Shown here piece by piece: positions 19,067-29,689 of a DNA stretch of 64,000 nucleotides (position 1 is its first letter; every line of letters starts with the position of its first letter). The position numbers and the translations under genes are program-made. Where the stretch lies: the IMG/VR virus record IMGVR_UViG_3300021963_000038, positions 32,001 through 96,000 of that record; one strand, 5' to 3'. The notes under the pieces were generated by a model. It made no database searches. It was not told where the DNA came from and saw only the letters and a list, made by a program, of their open reading frames with translations. The stretch comes from a virus.

Positions 19067-20413
19067 ATGTATTTGTCCGAACAACTACAAAAGAAATGGG
19101 AAGGCGTTCTGGATCATCCAGATATGCCAGCTATTAAAGACCCATACCGTAAGGCTGTTACAGCCGTTATTCTTGAAAACCAAGCTGTTGAGATGGGTAA
19201 AGCCGCTCAATACCTTAACGAAGCCGGTTCACCAACAAACTTTGCTGGTACAGGCGGTTATGGTGGTAGTGCAGCTGCTGCAGGTCCAGTTGCCGGTTTT
19301 GACCCAATCTTAATCAGTTTGGTTCGCCGTTCACTACCTAACTTGATTGCATATGACATTGCTGGCGTTCAGCCAATGACAGGACCTACAGGTCTTATCT
19401 TTGCAATGCGTACACGTTATTCATCACAAGGCGGTACAGAAGCTTTCTACAACGAAGCAAACACTGGTTTCGCAGGCGCAAACGGTGGTGGCGCACAAGT
19501 TGCATTGTCAGTTCCAACTGATACTGCTGCTAACAACACATTTGCTGGTAACGCTGCTGCAATCGCTGCAATGACAACTGGTTCTGCTGAAGCTTTGGGT
19601 GATGGCGCTTCTGGCAACACATTCCAAGAAATGGCATTCTCTATTGAGAAAGTTACTGTTACTGCAAAGACTCGTGCTTTGAAGGCAGAATACTCAATGG
19701 AACTTGCACAAGACTTGAAAGCAGTTCACGGTCTAGATGCAGAAACAGAATTAGCAAACATTCTCTCAACAGAGATTCTTGCTGAAATCAACCGTGAAGT
19801 TATCCGTACAATCTACGGCGTTGCTAAACTAGGTTGCCAAGCAGGTACAACTACTCGTGGTACTTTCGACCTTGACACAGACTCTAACGGTCGTTGGATG
19901 GTTGAAAAGATTAAAGGTCTTGCGTTCCAAATTGAACGTGAAGCTAATACCATCGCTAAGACAACCCGTCGTGGTAAAGGTAATATCATCATCGTTTCTT
20001 CAGATGTTGCATCTGCATTTGCGATGGCTGGTATCCTTGATTACAACTCAGCATTACAAGGTCAAGTTAACTTAACAGTTGACGACACTGGTAACACATT
20101 TGCTGGTACAATGTTCGGTCGTATCAAAGTTTATATCGACCCATATGCACAAACATCTTCAACCAACGAATTCGCTGTTGTTGGTTACAAAGGTACTAAT
20201 GCATATGACGCAGGTATTTTCTACTGCCCATATGTACCATTACAAATGGTTCGTGCCGTTGACACAGGTACCTTCCAGCCAAAGATTGGTTTCAAGACTC
20301 GTTATGGTCTAGTTGCCAACCCATTCGCTGAAGGCACTACACAAGGTCTTGGCGCATTGAATGTACAAGCAAACAACTACTATCGTAGCTTCCGTATTGC
20401 TAACATCATGTAA
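19067..20413 (+). CDS. gp23: major capsid protein gp23
   Basis: GVQPMTGPTGLIFAMR, RALKAEYSMELAQDLKAVHGLDAE, FQPKIGFKTRYG. Confidence 0.98.
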   Translation: MYLSEQLQKKWEGVLDHPDMPAIKDPYRKAVTAVILENQAVEMGKAAQYLNEAGSPTNFAGTGGYGGSAAAAGPVAGFDPILISLVRRSLPNLIAYDIAGVQPMTGPTGLIFAMRTRYSSQGGTEAFYNEANTGFAGANGGGAQVALSVPTDTAANNTFAGNAAAIAAMTTGSAEALGDGASGNTFQEMAFSIEKVTVTAKTRALKAEYSMELAQDLKAVHGLDAETELANILSTEILAEINREVIRTIYGVAKLGCQAGTTTRGTFDLDTDSNGRWMVEKIKGLAFQIEREANTIAKTTRRGKGNIIIVSSDVASAFAMAGILDYNSALQGQVNLTVDDTGNTFAGTMFGRIKVYIDPYAQTSSTNEFAVVGYKGTNAYDAGIFYCPYVPLQMVRAVDTGTFQPKIGFKTRYGLVANPFAEGTTQGLGALNVQANNYYRSFRIANIM

Positions 20414-20440
20414 TTGAAACTCCGTTAAGAGAGTTATTAA

Positions 20441-20468
20441 AAGACCACCTTCGGGTGGTCTTTTTTTT
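20441..20468 (+). terminator. rho-independent terminator with C(UUCG)G loop after gp23
   Basis: aagaccacc-ttcg-ggtggtctt followed by T-tract. Confidence 0.9.
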
Positions 20469-20485
20469 CGCCTAAATAATCCATT

Positions 20486-21031
20486 ATGAGCGCACTCAAT
20501 AGAAACCCTAAAAATCCAAATTACTTACATCCTAATAAGTTTCAATTAAACTTTTCTAGGTTGCCAAACATACAGTATTTTTGTCAGACTGTAACTGTTC
20601 CTGGTATTTCTTTATCTGAGATTCCACAAAATACTCCTTTTGTAGACTTGTATAAACCAGGTGAAAAAGCAATTTACGATTTGTTGAATGTTACTTTTTT
20701 GGTTGATGAAGCTTTAAAGTCTTGGTTAGAAGTACACGATTGGATTCGTGGTATGACTTTTCCTACTGACTTTAAAGAATACCAGAATTTAGGTTTACTA
20801 AGTAAAACTGCCGGCATAAGACAATCTGTGGGATTGGCACCACAATATTCTGATGCAACACTTACCATTTTATCATCGGCAAATAATCCAACATTTACAT
20901 TTAAATTTTATGATGTATTCCCAACATCATTATCTACCTTTGTCATGTCCACTACTGATAGTCCAGACACGGCAATTACAGCTGATGCAACTTTCAGATA
21001 TTCCTATTTTGATGTTGACAAAGTAAATTAA
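20486..21031 (+). CDS. gp3: tail tube terminator/completion protein gp3
   Basis: NYLHPNKFQL..YFCQ...PGISL, SDATLTILSS, FPTSLS; CTAAATA late box upstream. Confidence 0.85.
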   Translation: MSALNRNPKNPNYLHPNKFQLNFSRLPNIQYFCQTVTVPGISLSEIPQNTPFVDLYKPGEKAIYDLLNVTFLVDEALKSWLEVHDWIRGMTFPTDFKEYQNLGLLSKTAGIRQSVGLAPQYSDATLTILSSANNPTFTFKFYDVFPTSLSTFVMSTTDSPDTAITADATFRYSYFDVDKVN

Positions 21032-21043
21032 TTCTGTTATACT
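21015..21043 (+). promoter_or_regulatory. sigma70-type early promoter of uvsY
   Basis: TTGACA-17 bp-TATACT with TG extension. Confidence 0.75.
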
Positions 21044-21062
21044 CCGTTAAGGAGGATTTGGC

Positions 21063-21497
21063 ATGACTAAACTTGATGAATTATTGAATATGTGGGCAAC
21101 CGATTCTGTTATTGATAGAACAGAACCAGGCAAAGCACTAATTAACATACCACAACTACACAGTAAGTATTTGAATATACTTTCACGGCATCGCTTGCTC
21201 GCAAAAGAAGCCGACTTTAAATATAGTAGGATGAAAAAGATTAAATGGGAATATTATACAGGTAAACTGGATGATGACCAACTTAAACACCACGGTTGGG
21301 AACCATTTCCATTTGTATTGAAATCCGAGATTAATACATACTTTGACAGTGATGAAGATTTGAACAGACTAACTGCACAAAAAATGATGCATGAAGAAAT
21401 TGTTGAAGTCTGTCAAAGCATACTCAAAGAATTGAACTCACGCACATTCCAATTGCGTGATTTTATAGCATGGGAAAGATTCATTCAAGGTGTTTGA
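21063..21497 (+). CDS. uvsY: recombination mediator UvsY
   Basis: IPQLHSKYL, KWEYYTGK, RTFQLRDFIAWERF. Confidence 0.9.
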   Translation: MTKLDELLNMWATDSVIDRTEPGKALINIPQLHSKYLNILSRHRLLAKEADFKYSRMKKIKWEYYTGKLDDDQLKHHGWEPFPFVLKSEINTYFDSDEDLNRLTAQKMMHEEIVEVCQSILKELNSRTFQLRDFIAWERFIQGV

Positions 21498-22953
21498 TAT
21501 AAGACTAGAGAAAGTTAATGAGGCATACATTCGTGTTACTTGCGAAAGAAATATATCTCAAGAACTTTCAGATTACTTCACATTTTATGTACCAGGTTAT
21601 CAATTCACACCTGCATATAAATCACGATATTGGGATGGTAAGATAAGGTTATTAGACCTAAGAACCATGCTAATATATCGTGGTCTAATTGCATACATTG
21701 AAAAGTTTTGTGAAGAAAGAAAATACACTCTTGACATTGATATAGAACTTAGAACAACTAAGATTTTCTCACTAGTTGAAGCTAAAGAATTTGTAGAGTC
21801 ATTAAATCTACCACATGAAATCAGAGAGTATCAATTAAATTCTTTTGTTCATTCTATACGAAACAAAAGGTTGATGTTGTTATCTCCAACGGCATCAGGT
21901 AAATCTCTCATATTATATTGTATCATTCGTTATTTGCAAATAGAGAATAAAAAAGGTTTGTTAATTGTTCCAACCACTTCTTTGGTTGAACAAATGTACA
22001 AAGACTTTGCAGATTATGGTTATGATTCAGAACAATATTGCCATCGACAATATTCTGGTAAAGAAAAAGTAACAAATAAATTTCTTACAATTACCACTTG
22101 GCAATCAATTTATAAAAACCCACCAGAATACTTCGAACAATTTGATTTTGTTGTCGGTGATGAGGCACATCAATTTAAAGCCAAATCACTTGCAACAATT
22201 ATGTCTGGTTGCACTAATGCAGGATATCGCATTGGGTGTACAGGTACACTTGATGGTACACAAACACATCGTTTGGTTTTAGAAGGTTTGTTTGGTCCTG
22301 TTTATCAAGCAACGACAACCAAAGAATTGATGGACAATAAACATCTTGCAGAGTTTAAAATTAAGTGTCTGATATTAAAGTATCCTGATACCGTATGTAA
22401 ACAATCTAGAGATTGGGACTACAATACGGAAGTGGATTACATCGTACTAAATAAAGCAAGAAATGAGTTTATTAAAAATCTTGTTTTATCACTTGAAGGT
22501 AATACTCTGATACTGTTTCAATTTGTAGAAAAACACGGTAAAGATTTACATTCATTGATAAAAGAACATACAAAAAATCGTCATGTGTTTTTTGTATACG
22601 GAGGAACTGATGTTGAGGTTCGTGAATCGATTCGTGCGATTACTGAAAAAGAAAGTGATGCTATCATTGTTGCTTCATATGGTACTTTCTCTACTGGCGT
22701 TAATATTCGCAATCTCCACAATATTGTATTTGCCTCACCTAGCAAGTCAAGAATACGCAATCTTCAATCAATAGGTAGAGGACTCAGAATTGGTGATAAC
22801 AAACAAGAAGCAACATTATTTGATATCGCAGATGATTTTAGAATAGGCAAACATACCAATTACACCTTGAAACATTTTGTTGAACGTGTTAAAATATACG
22901 ATGAAGAAAAGTTCAGTTACAAGTTTTATAACATAGACCTCAAAAATGGATAA
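21490..22953 (+). CDS. uvsW: UvsW SF2 helicase
   Basis: SPTASGKS, DEAH, ASYGTFSTGVNI, LQSIGRGLR. Confidence 0.95.
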   Translation: MFDIRLEKVNEAYIRVTCERNISQELSDYFTFYVPGYQFTPAYKSRYWDGKIRLLDLRTMLIYRGLIAYIEKFCEERKYTLDIDIELRTTKIFSLVEAKEFVESLNLPHEIREYQLNSFVHSIRNKRLMLLSPTASGKSLILYCIIRYLQIENKKGLLIVPTTSLVEQMYKDFADYGYDSEQYCHRQYSGKEKVTNKFLTITTWQSIYKNPPEYFEQFDFVVGDEAHQFKAKSLATIMSGCTNAGYRIGCTGTLDGTQTHRLVLEGLFGPVYQATTTKELMDNKHLAEFKIKCLILKYPDTVCKQSRDWDYNTEVDYIVLNKARNEFIKNLVLSLEGNTLILFQFVEKHGKDLHSLIKEHTKNRHVFFVYGGTDVEVRESIRAITEKESDAIIVASYGTFSTGVNIRNLHNIVFASPSKSRIRNLQSIGRGLRIGDNKQEATLFDIADDFRIGKHTNYTLKHFVERVKIYDEEKFSYKFYNIDLKNG

Positions 22954-23374
22954 CGTAAACGTAAAAATTATAAGATTACAATCGGGTGAGGACATAATTG
23001 GAAATTACAATGAAGATGAAGAATCAGGCATTGTTCATGTCAACAGGCCTATGAGTTTGTTTTTTAAACGACTGCCTACAGGTAAATCTGTTATGATGAT
23101 GGGACCTTGGTTACCAGTTGAATTGATACAAAGTAACTCCGCCTGTTTGTATGTACAAGATATCTTAACTGTTATTTCACCGAAACAAGCATTAGTTAAT
23201 TATTATAATGATGCTGCCAATCAGGCAGAACTCCTGTTGAGTGACCAAGATGAAGAAATTGAGCAATCACTTCAGAGGTCTATGAATGGTGAGGAGGAGG
23301 AAGAAGATGAAGATGATGATGGTTTTGATATATCGGAGATAATGGCAACATCTAAAGGTAGAACTATACATTGA
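22946..23374 (+). CDS. conserved hypothetical protein between uvsW and gp55
   Basis: KIIRLQSGEDIIG N-terminus, acidic tail. Confidence 0.6.
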   Translation: MDNVNVKIIRLQSGEDIIGNYNEDEESGIVHVNRPMSLFFKRLPTGKSVMMMGPWLPVELIQSNSACLYVQDILTVISPKQALVNYYNDAANQAELLLSDQDEEIEQSLQRSMNGEEEEEDEDDDGFDISEIMATSKGRTIH

Positions 23375-23388
23375 AACGGAACACCGCT

Positions 23389-23417
23389 ATGATAACACTG
23401 TCAAGTTTTACTGTCAA
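23389..23417 (-). promoter_or_regulatory. antisense sigma70-type promoter
   Basis: Minus strand reads TTGACA-17 bp-TATCAT with TG extension. Confidence 0.5.
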
Positions 23418-23448
23418 GCGTTATCTAAGGTAAATATAAAAATATACC

Positions 23449-23477
23449 TTGCTTATTTGAGGTGACTATGATAGAAT
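23449..23477 (+). promoter_or_regulatory. sigma70-type promoter of gp55
   Basis: TTGCTT-17 bp-TAGAAT with TG extension. Confidence 0.65.
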
Positions 23478-23486
23478 GGAAATATT

Positions 23487-24041
23487 ATGACAAAAAAACA
23501 TTATGTAAACAATGCTGACTTTCTTACAGCACTTATAGACTATCGTGCTAGATGCGATATTGCCAAGACGGAAGGTAAGGAAGACCCTAGAATACCAGAC
23601 TATATTGGTGAATGCTTTCTAAAGATTGCAGAACACCTATCAAGGAAGCCAAACTTCATCTCATATTCTTTCCGAGATGAAATGATTGCTGACGGCATAG
23701 AAAACTGTCTGATGTATTTCCGAAACTTTGACCCAGCAAAGTCAAAGAACCCATTCGCATACTTCACCCAAATTATTTACTTTGCCTTTCTCCGTAGGAT
23801 TATGAAAGAGAAAAAACAATTGTATGTTAAGTACAAGGCAACACAACAATTCGGTATTTTAGATGAAGGTGAAATGTATGAAGATACAGACGGCAATATG
23901 AAACAGTTTGAACTGTATGATAACATTGCTGAGTTTATTGAAACCTTTGAAGAAAACCGAGAAAAGAAAAAGAAGATTAAGGTAAAAGGACTAGAAAAGT
24001 TTATTGAACCATCTGATTTAGAAATACCCAAAGAACTATGA
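23487..24041 (+). CDS. gp55: late-transcription sigma factor gp55
   Basis: HYVNNADF, YIGECFLKIA, NFDPAKSKNPFAYFTQI. Confidence 0.95.
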   Translation: MTKKHYVNNADFLTALIDYRARCDIAKTEGKEDPRIPDYIGECFLKIAEHLSRKPNFISYSFRDEMIADGIENCLMYFRNFDPAKSKNPFAYFTQIIYFAFLRRIMKEKKQLYVKYKATQQFGILDEGEMYEDTDGNMKQFELYDNIAEFIETFEENREKKKKIKVKGLEKFIEPSDLEIPKEL

Positions 24042-25105
24042 AATTGATTATTTTAGGTGACACTCATTTTGGTATGAGAGGTGATTCTTTAGAGTTTCAC
24101 AATTATTACAAACGATTCTATCAAGAAGTATTGTTCCCATATGTTGTAAAGAATAACATCACAACTATCTTTCAGATGGGTGATTTGTTTGACCGCAGAA
24201 AGTTTATTAATTTTAATACACTATATCTCTCAAGACAATATTTCTTCAATACAATAAAAGAACTTGGTATTCAATTTCATACCATACTTGGTAACCACGA
24301 CATTTATTATAAGAATGTTCTTGAGGTTAATTCATCACAGATGTTACTTAAAGATTATGATAACATTATTGTTTATGATGAACCGAACAAAGTGGTGTTT
24401 GATGGTGTTGATGTTGATGTGATACCTTGGATTTGTGCCGACAATGAAATGGAGATTAAAAAGTTTATTGAAAACTCCACTTCACAAATTTGTTTTGGGC
24501 ACTTTGAAATTGCTGGGTTCGAAATGGACAAAGGCAATGTATGCCATGAAGGGCTTGACAAAAGCATATTAAAGAGATATGATATAGTGTTGAGTGGCCA
24601 CTTTCACCATAAATCTTCTGATGGCCAAATTACCTATGTTGGTACGCCAGGTGAAATGACATGGACTGACTACAATGACCCAAGAGGTTTTCATGTGTTT
24701 GATACCGAAACTAGAGAGATGGAGTTTATACAGAATCCATATCGTATGTTTCATAAAATATCATATGATGACACCGTATCTGACTTTGAATTTTGGAAAT
24801 CGTTTGATTACAATGCACTGAAAGAAACATATGTAAAGGTGATTGTTGTTAACAAACAAAACCCATATCTATTTGATAATGTGATTGATAACTTGTATAA
24901 GGCAGGTGTGTCAGATATATCAATCGTTGAAGATTTTACCGACAACTCGGTTGAAAACGATGATGAATTGGTCAATCAGGCAGAAGATACAATGACAATT
25001 CTTGGAAAGTATATTGATAATTTAACACTCAATGTTGATAATGATAAACTGAAAGCTTTGATGAGAGAAGTCTATGTCGAAGCATTGACAACTGAAACTG
25101 AATGA
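24038..25105 (+). CDS. gp47: recombination endonuclease subunit gp47 (Mre11-like)
   Basis: GDTHFG, GDLFD, GNHD, SGHFH metallophosphoesterase motifs. Confidence 0.93.
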   Translation: MKLIILGDTHFGMRGDSLEFHNYYKRFYQEVLFPYVVKNNITTIFQMGDLFDRRKFINFNTLYLSRQYFFNTIKELGIQFHTILGNHDIYYKNVLEVNSSQMLLKDYDNIIVYDEPNKVVFDGVDVDVIPWICADNEMEIKKFIENSTSQICFGHFEIAGFEMDKGNVCHEGLDKSILKRYDIVLSGHFHHKSSDGQITYVGTPGEMTWTDYNDPRGFHVFDTETREMEFIQNPYRMFHKISYDDTVSDFEFWKSFDYNALKETYVKVIVVNKQNPYLFDNVIDNLYKAGVSDISIVEDFTDNSVENDDELVNQAEDTMTILGKYIDNLTLNVDNDKLKALMREVYVEALTTETE

Positions 25106-26814
25106 TATTATTTCGTAAGATTAAATGGAAAAACTTTCTTTCAACAGGTAACTACTTTACTGAAATTGAGTTTGATACATCACCCAATACATTAGTTGTA
25201 GGTGAGAATGGTGCAGGCAAATCAACTATGTTGGATGCTCTGTGTTTTGTTTTGTTCAGTAAACCATTCCGTTCTGTAAATAAACCTCAACTACTCAACT
25301 CAATCAATGGCAAAGATTGTGTGGTTGAGGTCGAGTTTAATGTTGGTAATAAAGCCTATCGAATCATTCGTGGTATTAAACCAAACATATTTGAAATCTA
25401 TTGTGATGGTGAACTAGTCAATCAAGATGCTGCTGTGCGTGATTACCAGGAGTATTTGGAAAAGTTTGTTTTAAAATTAAACTATAAATCATTTACTCAA
25501 ATTGTTATTTTAGGTAGTGCATCGTTCACTCCGTTCATGCAGTTATCTGCCGCTGATAGACGGTCTATCATTGAAGAATTATTGGACATTCAGATATTCT
25601 CTGCAATGAATAATATCATCAAAGAAAAAATGTCTGTCAATAAAGAAACAATGGCAACCAGAAAACATGAGATTGAACTCACTCAGCAAAAACATGATAT
25701 GCATAAAAAACATATCGAAGAACTGAAACAAAACAACGATGATAAAGTTAGAGAATATGAGAAAGAGATTGCCAACAATCAAGTTATCATAGAAGAACTT
25801 ACTGCAAATAGTGATTTATTTCTTACAAGAGTTGGTGAGTATACCAAAGAAGTTTCTGATAAACTTGATACAGAGGCAAGACTTAAAACTATTACCAAAC
25901 TTGAATCACAAATAGAAAGCAATCTGTCGAAGTACCGAAAAGATATTAACTTCTTCCAAGATAATGATAATTGTCCTACTTGTAGACAAACTATTCAATT
26001 AGATTTTAAAGAGAAAGAAGTTGCGGCACTACACACCAAAAAAACTGAGTGTGAACACGGCTTGAAAAAGTTGGAAAGTAAACTGATACAGGAACAAACT
26101 AAACTGAATCTCATCAATGAGAAACAGAAACAAATTCAACAATTACAAATTAAGATTGCTACCAATAATACTTCTATTACTGAAACACAGAAGTACATTA
26201 AGAAATTGGAAAAGCAAATTAAAGAGTTAACGGAGAATAAATCATCAACAGAGAAAGAATCGAAACAGCTAAAAGAATTAGAGGATTGTCTGTTGAAACT
26301 ACAAGTAGAGTTAAAGCAATTAATAGAAGAAAAAACATATTACGAAGTTGCCTCTGGTTTGTTGAAAGATACAGGTATCAAGACCAAGATTATTAAACAA
26401 TATTTACCAATCATCAATAAGTTGGTGAACAAATACTTGGCATCATTTGACTTTTTTGTTAACTTTAACCTAGATGAATCATTCAAAGAAACAATTAAAT
26501 CTAGGCACCGTGATGAGTTTACATATGCCAGTTTTTCTGAAGGTGAGAAACAGAAGATTGATTTGGCACTTTTATTTAGTTGGCGTGCCGTTGCCAAATT
26601 GAAGAACTCTGCCAACACCAATCTGTTAATACTTGATGAGGTGTTTGATTCTAGTTTAGATGCCAACGGCACAGAATATTTGATGACTATACTTCAGATG
26701 CTTGAAGGCACTAATGTGTTTGTAATATCTCACAAAGGAGATATTCTACAAGATAAGTTCCGTAATGTCATTAAGTTTGAAAAGGTAAAAAACTTTAGTA
26801 GGATTATGAAATGA
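25102..26814 (+). CDS. gp46: recombination ATPase gp46 (Rad50-like)
   Basis: GENGAGKS, CPTC zinc hook, FSEGEK, LDEVFDSSLD. Confidence 0.95.
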   Translation: MILFRKIKWKNFLSTGNYFTEIEFDTSPNTLVVGENGAGKSTMLDALCFVLFSKPFRSVNKPQLLNSINGKDCVVEVEFNVGNKAYRIIRGIKPNIFEIYCDGELVNQDAAVRDYQEYLEKFVLKLNYKSFTQIVILGSASFTPFMQLSAADRRSIIEELLDIQIFSAMNNIIKEKMSVNKETMATRKHEIELTQQKHDMHKKHIEELKQNNDDKVREYEKEIANNQVIIEELTANSDLFLTRVGEYTKEVSDKLDTEARLKTITKLESQIESNLSKYRKDINFFQDNDNCPTCRQTIQLDFKEKEVAALHTKKTECEHGLKKLESKLIQEQTKLNLINEKQKQIQQLQIKIATNNTSITETQKYIKKLEKQIKELTENKSSTEKESKQLKELEDCLLKLQVELKQLIEEKTYYEVASGLLKDTGIKTKIIKQYLPIINKLVNKYLASFDFFVNFNLDESFKETIKSRHRDEFTYASFSEGEKQKIDLALLFSWRAVAKLKNSANTNLLILDEVFDSSLDANGTEYLMTILQMLEGTNVFVISHKGDILQDKFRNVIKFEKVKNFSRIMK

Positions 26815-27578
26815 ACTTTCAAGAATATCTATCACACTACAAACAGGTAATCGATAAAGAAGTCGAGGGATGGTTTTATCCCAAAGATATCATTATCACA
26901 TACGGCATACTGAAAGAGTTACAAAGACCTAAAGGTGATGTGTGTGAGATTGGTGTCGCATATGGTAAAAGTGCCATTATGATTTCACAATTCAAAGATG
27001 ATAGCAATTTTTATTTGTATGATATCTTTAGTGAAGAAGCCAGACTTGTTGCTGAAAATAACATATCAAAGTTTGGTAACAATTTGAATTTGAATTGGCG
27101 GTTACAAGATACAACACAATTAAAATATGATGATGTTGTTTTTAAAGATGATTTGAGATTTCTCCACATCGATGGTTGCCATGAACATTCTGCCGTATTG
27201 AGTGATTTAATATTGTTCAGTAGTAAGATGAGAGATGATGGTGTTATTGCGATTGATGATTTTCAAGACCAAGAATATCCAGGTGTTAATAGTGCAGCAT
27301 TTCAATTTTCATTGTCGAATGGTAATTATAAAAATTGGAGAGTATTTGCCATAGGTGACAACAAAGCATATATGTGCCAAAAGAAATACGCTGAACTATA
27401 CCAAAAATCTTTAGTTGACTATATTGTTAAGGCAAAAGAAAGATATAATGTGCCGTTTGAAATGCACTTGGGTTTGCGTGAAGTGTTAGACATGAATGTT
27501 CTTATGTGTGATTCTAGAACTTCATGGGATCCAAATGTCATTAAAGAATCTTTATTTGATAAACCAATTATAGGGTGA
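26811..27578 (+). CDS. class I SAM-dependent methyltransferase (Methyltransf_24-like)
   Basis: VCEIGVAYGKS, LHIDGCH, GVIAIDD motifs. Confidence 0.8.
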   Translation: MNFQEYLSHYKQVIDKEVEGWFYPKDIIITYGILKELQRPKGDVCEIGVAYGKSAIMISQFKDDSNFYLYDIFSEEARLVAENNISKFGNNLNLNWRLQDTTQLKYDDVVFKDDLRFLHIDGCHEHSAVLSDLILFSSKMRDDGVIAIDDFQDQEYPGVNSAAFQFSLSNGNYKNWRVFAIGDNKAYMCQKKYAELYQKSLVDYIVKAKERYNVPFEMHLGLREVLDMNVLMCDSRTSWDPNVIKESLFDKPIIG

Positions 27579-27581
27579 TTT

Positions 27582-27773
27582 ATGGGTGATTTTAAAAAAT
27601 TACATGAGTTTACCGATGGTCGAAATCGAACTGGTCAGGTATTCTATACAGGCAAAGATAACTACATGGTCTTGCTTTTTGAAGCGGACTTAGATTATAA
27701 TGAGATGAGAATCTTCACTAATGAAGAAGAATCTAAAAAATGTGCAATGAATTGGGTACCAATATATGAGTGA
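27582..27773 (+). CDS. hypothetical protein
   Basis: 63 aa ORF with RBS, coupled to the next gene. Confidence 0.5.
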   Translation: MGDFKKLHEFTDGRNRTGQVFYTGKDNYMVLLFEADLDYNEMRIFTNEEESKKCAMNWVPIYE

Positions 27774-28356
27774 AATTTTAACCATCAATACAGAAGCGGG
27801 TCTATTCAAAGAAGAAACGATTGAACCGTTGCCGTTATATAATGAACATCACCCGATGTTACAACAACCTATTCCAGAATATGACTTGAGAACTCTACCT
27901 AATCCTGTTATGACTAAATTAGTCAAACGATTAAAGATGACGATGAAGATGTATAGTGGTTTGGGACTATCAGCAAATCAATGTGGTGTATTCGAAAGAG
28001 TATTTGTGATTGGCAATGAAGATATGATTATTCCGTGTATTAATCCCAAAGTAATCAGAGTATCTGAAAAGACAGACAAAAACAACGAAGGGTGTTTATC
28101 GTTTCCTGGTTTGTTTTTGAAAATTGAAAGACCCATATCTGTTGATGTGGAATTTCATAATGAAAACGGCAAGTTGGTTAATACAACATTTGAAGGTCTT
28201 ACTGCAAGATGTTTTCTGCATGAATTAGACCACATGAATGGTATTCGTATGATTGAACACACAAAGCCATTAGCACTACAAATGGCAAGACAAAAACAAC
28301 AGAAGTTAATTAAAAAAGTGAAAAGAACTCAGAAAAATAATGGCATACTCATTTGA
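27766..28356 (+). CDS. def: peptide deformylase
   Basis: GLGLSANQ, EGCLS, HELDH motifs. Confidence 0.93.
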   Translation: MSEILTINTEAGLFKEETIEPLPLYNEHHPMLQQPIPEYDLRTLPNPVMTKLVKRLKMTMKMYSGLGLSANQCGVFERVFVIGNEDMIIPCINPKVIRVSEKTDKNNEGCLSFPGLFLKIERPISVDVEFHNENGKLVNTTFEGLTARCFLHELDHMNGIRMIEHTKPLALQMARQKQQKLIKKVKRTQKNNGILI

Positions 28357-29677
28357 CCCAAAAGATGATGTAGAAGAACAATGGCGTAAATGGCAAGAAG
28401 CCAATCCGCCAGATTCTTTTATGGATATTAATGAAGATGAGTTGCGTGAGCAAACCATCAAAGACCTTACCTATGTGTCGGCTATGGATGTCCGTGAATA
28501 TACACTATATCAGAAATGGTGTGAAATCAAAGACAAGTATCCCACATTTGTGAACAATACATTATTCGGTGAAGAAGTACAATTGGTTGACCCAAAACAA
28601 CAAGTGTTGGTAGATGAAGTTAAGAATAACATTTGGTTGCCTGAAAGTCCTGATGACTATTTGAATCTTGAACCTGTATTGATTTACACCGATGATTCTG
28701 GTTCTGTATCACGCAAAGGTGTTGATGGTACAGTTGTTGAAGATAAAATTAAACGTAGTGATTTACCTGAAAGATGGAACACGGCACGAAACTTTATCTC
28801 GACAATGAAGAACAATAGTAACATTGGTCGCAATCTTAACTTTCTTGTTGCAGACAATAAGACAGGTAAGTATCTTGGTGTTATTTGTATATCATCAGAC
28901 TTTCTTGATTTAACACCAAGAGATAATGCGATTGGTTGGCCTCGTGAGTTAAAGACACAAGGTGGTATGATTAATCATACTGCAATTGGTTCTACAATTG
29001 TTCCGTTTCAACCACTTGGTTACAACTATGTTGGTGGTAAGTTACTTGCATTGCTTTGCCTATCAGATGAAGTGCAAAGATTGTGGAAGAAACAGTATGG
29101 TGATACCTTGATTGGTGTAACAACAACATCATTGTATGGTAAAACTAAAGCAGGTGGTCTATCACAATATGATAACCTTGACCATTGGAATCCTATGGGC
29201 TTCTCCTCTGGTTCTGTATCGTTTGAACCAAATAGAGATACACGTTATAAAATTCGTGAATGGTTGAAAGCAAATCATACCCGTAAATATTTCGAATGGT
29301 ATGTTGCAAAGAAAGCAAGTGGTCAACCACATAAACGTGACCATAAGAATCGTTCTTTAAATTTCACTTACTCTAAGATGAGTATACCAAAAGAATTGAT
29401 TAAGGCAGAACATCATCGTGGCATTTATTTCAGTCCACTATACAACAACTCGTTTGAGTTCTTGCGTGGTGATATCAAAGAAACAGAATTGGTTAAATCG
29501 TTTGATACCAGTTATGAATCTTTGACAAAGATATGGAAAGAAAAACACGCTAAAGGTCGTATCGGTTTTCTAAAGAAGAAAGACAAGGTATCAACCGAAA
29601 CTTTGTTCTATGATGATTTGATATATCTTACATGGGAAGAAACAAAGGCAAAGTATCTTGGCCAAGTCGGCAGATAA
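28340..29677 (+). CDS. DUF4338/DruA-like protein (putative Mom-like GNAT fold), paralog 1
   Basis: GRNLNFLV.D, LTPRDNAIGW, PLGYNYVGGKLLA, TTTSLYG, SQYD motifs. Confidence 0.65.
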   Translation: MAYSFDPKDDVEEQWRKWQEANPPDSFMDINEDELREQTIKDLTYVSAMDVREYTLYQKWCEIKDKYPTFVNNTLFGEEVQLVDPKQQVLVDEVKNNIWLPESPDDYLNLEPVLIYTDDSGSVSRKGVDGTVVEDKIKRSDLPERWNTARNFISTMKNNSNIGRNLNFLVADNKTGKYLGVICISSDFLDLTPRDNAIGWPRELKTQGGMINHTAIGSTIVPFQPLGYNYVGGKLLALLCLSDEVQRLWKKQYGDTLIGVTTTSLYGKTKAGGLSQYDNLDHWNPMGFSSGSVSFEPNRDTRYKIREWLKANHTRKYFEWYVAKKASGQPHKRDHKNRSLNFTYSKMSIPKELIKAEHHRGIYFSPLYNNSFEFLRGDIKETELVKSFDTSYESLTKIWKEKHAKGRIGFLKKKDKVSTETLFYDDLIYLTWEETKAKYLGQVGR

Positions 29678-29689
29678 TAAAAATAGTGC

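Noticed and set aside
28340-29677. Complete Druantia defence system
   Set aside because: No DruE-like large helicase or other Dru genes; context is a phage core region
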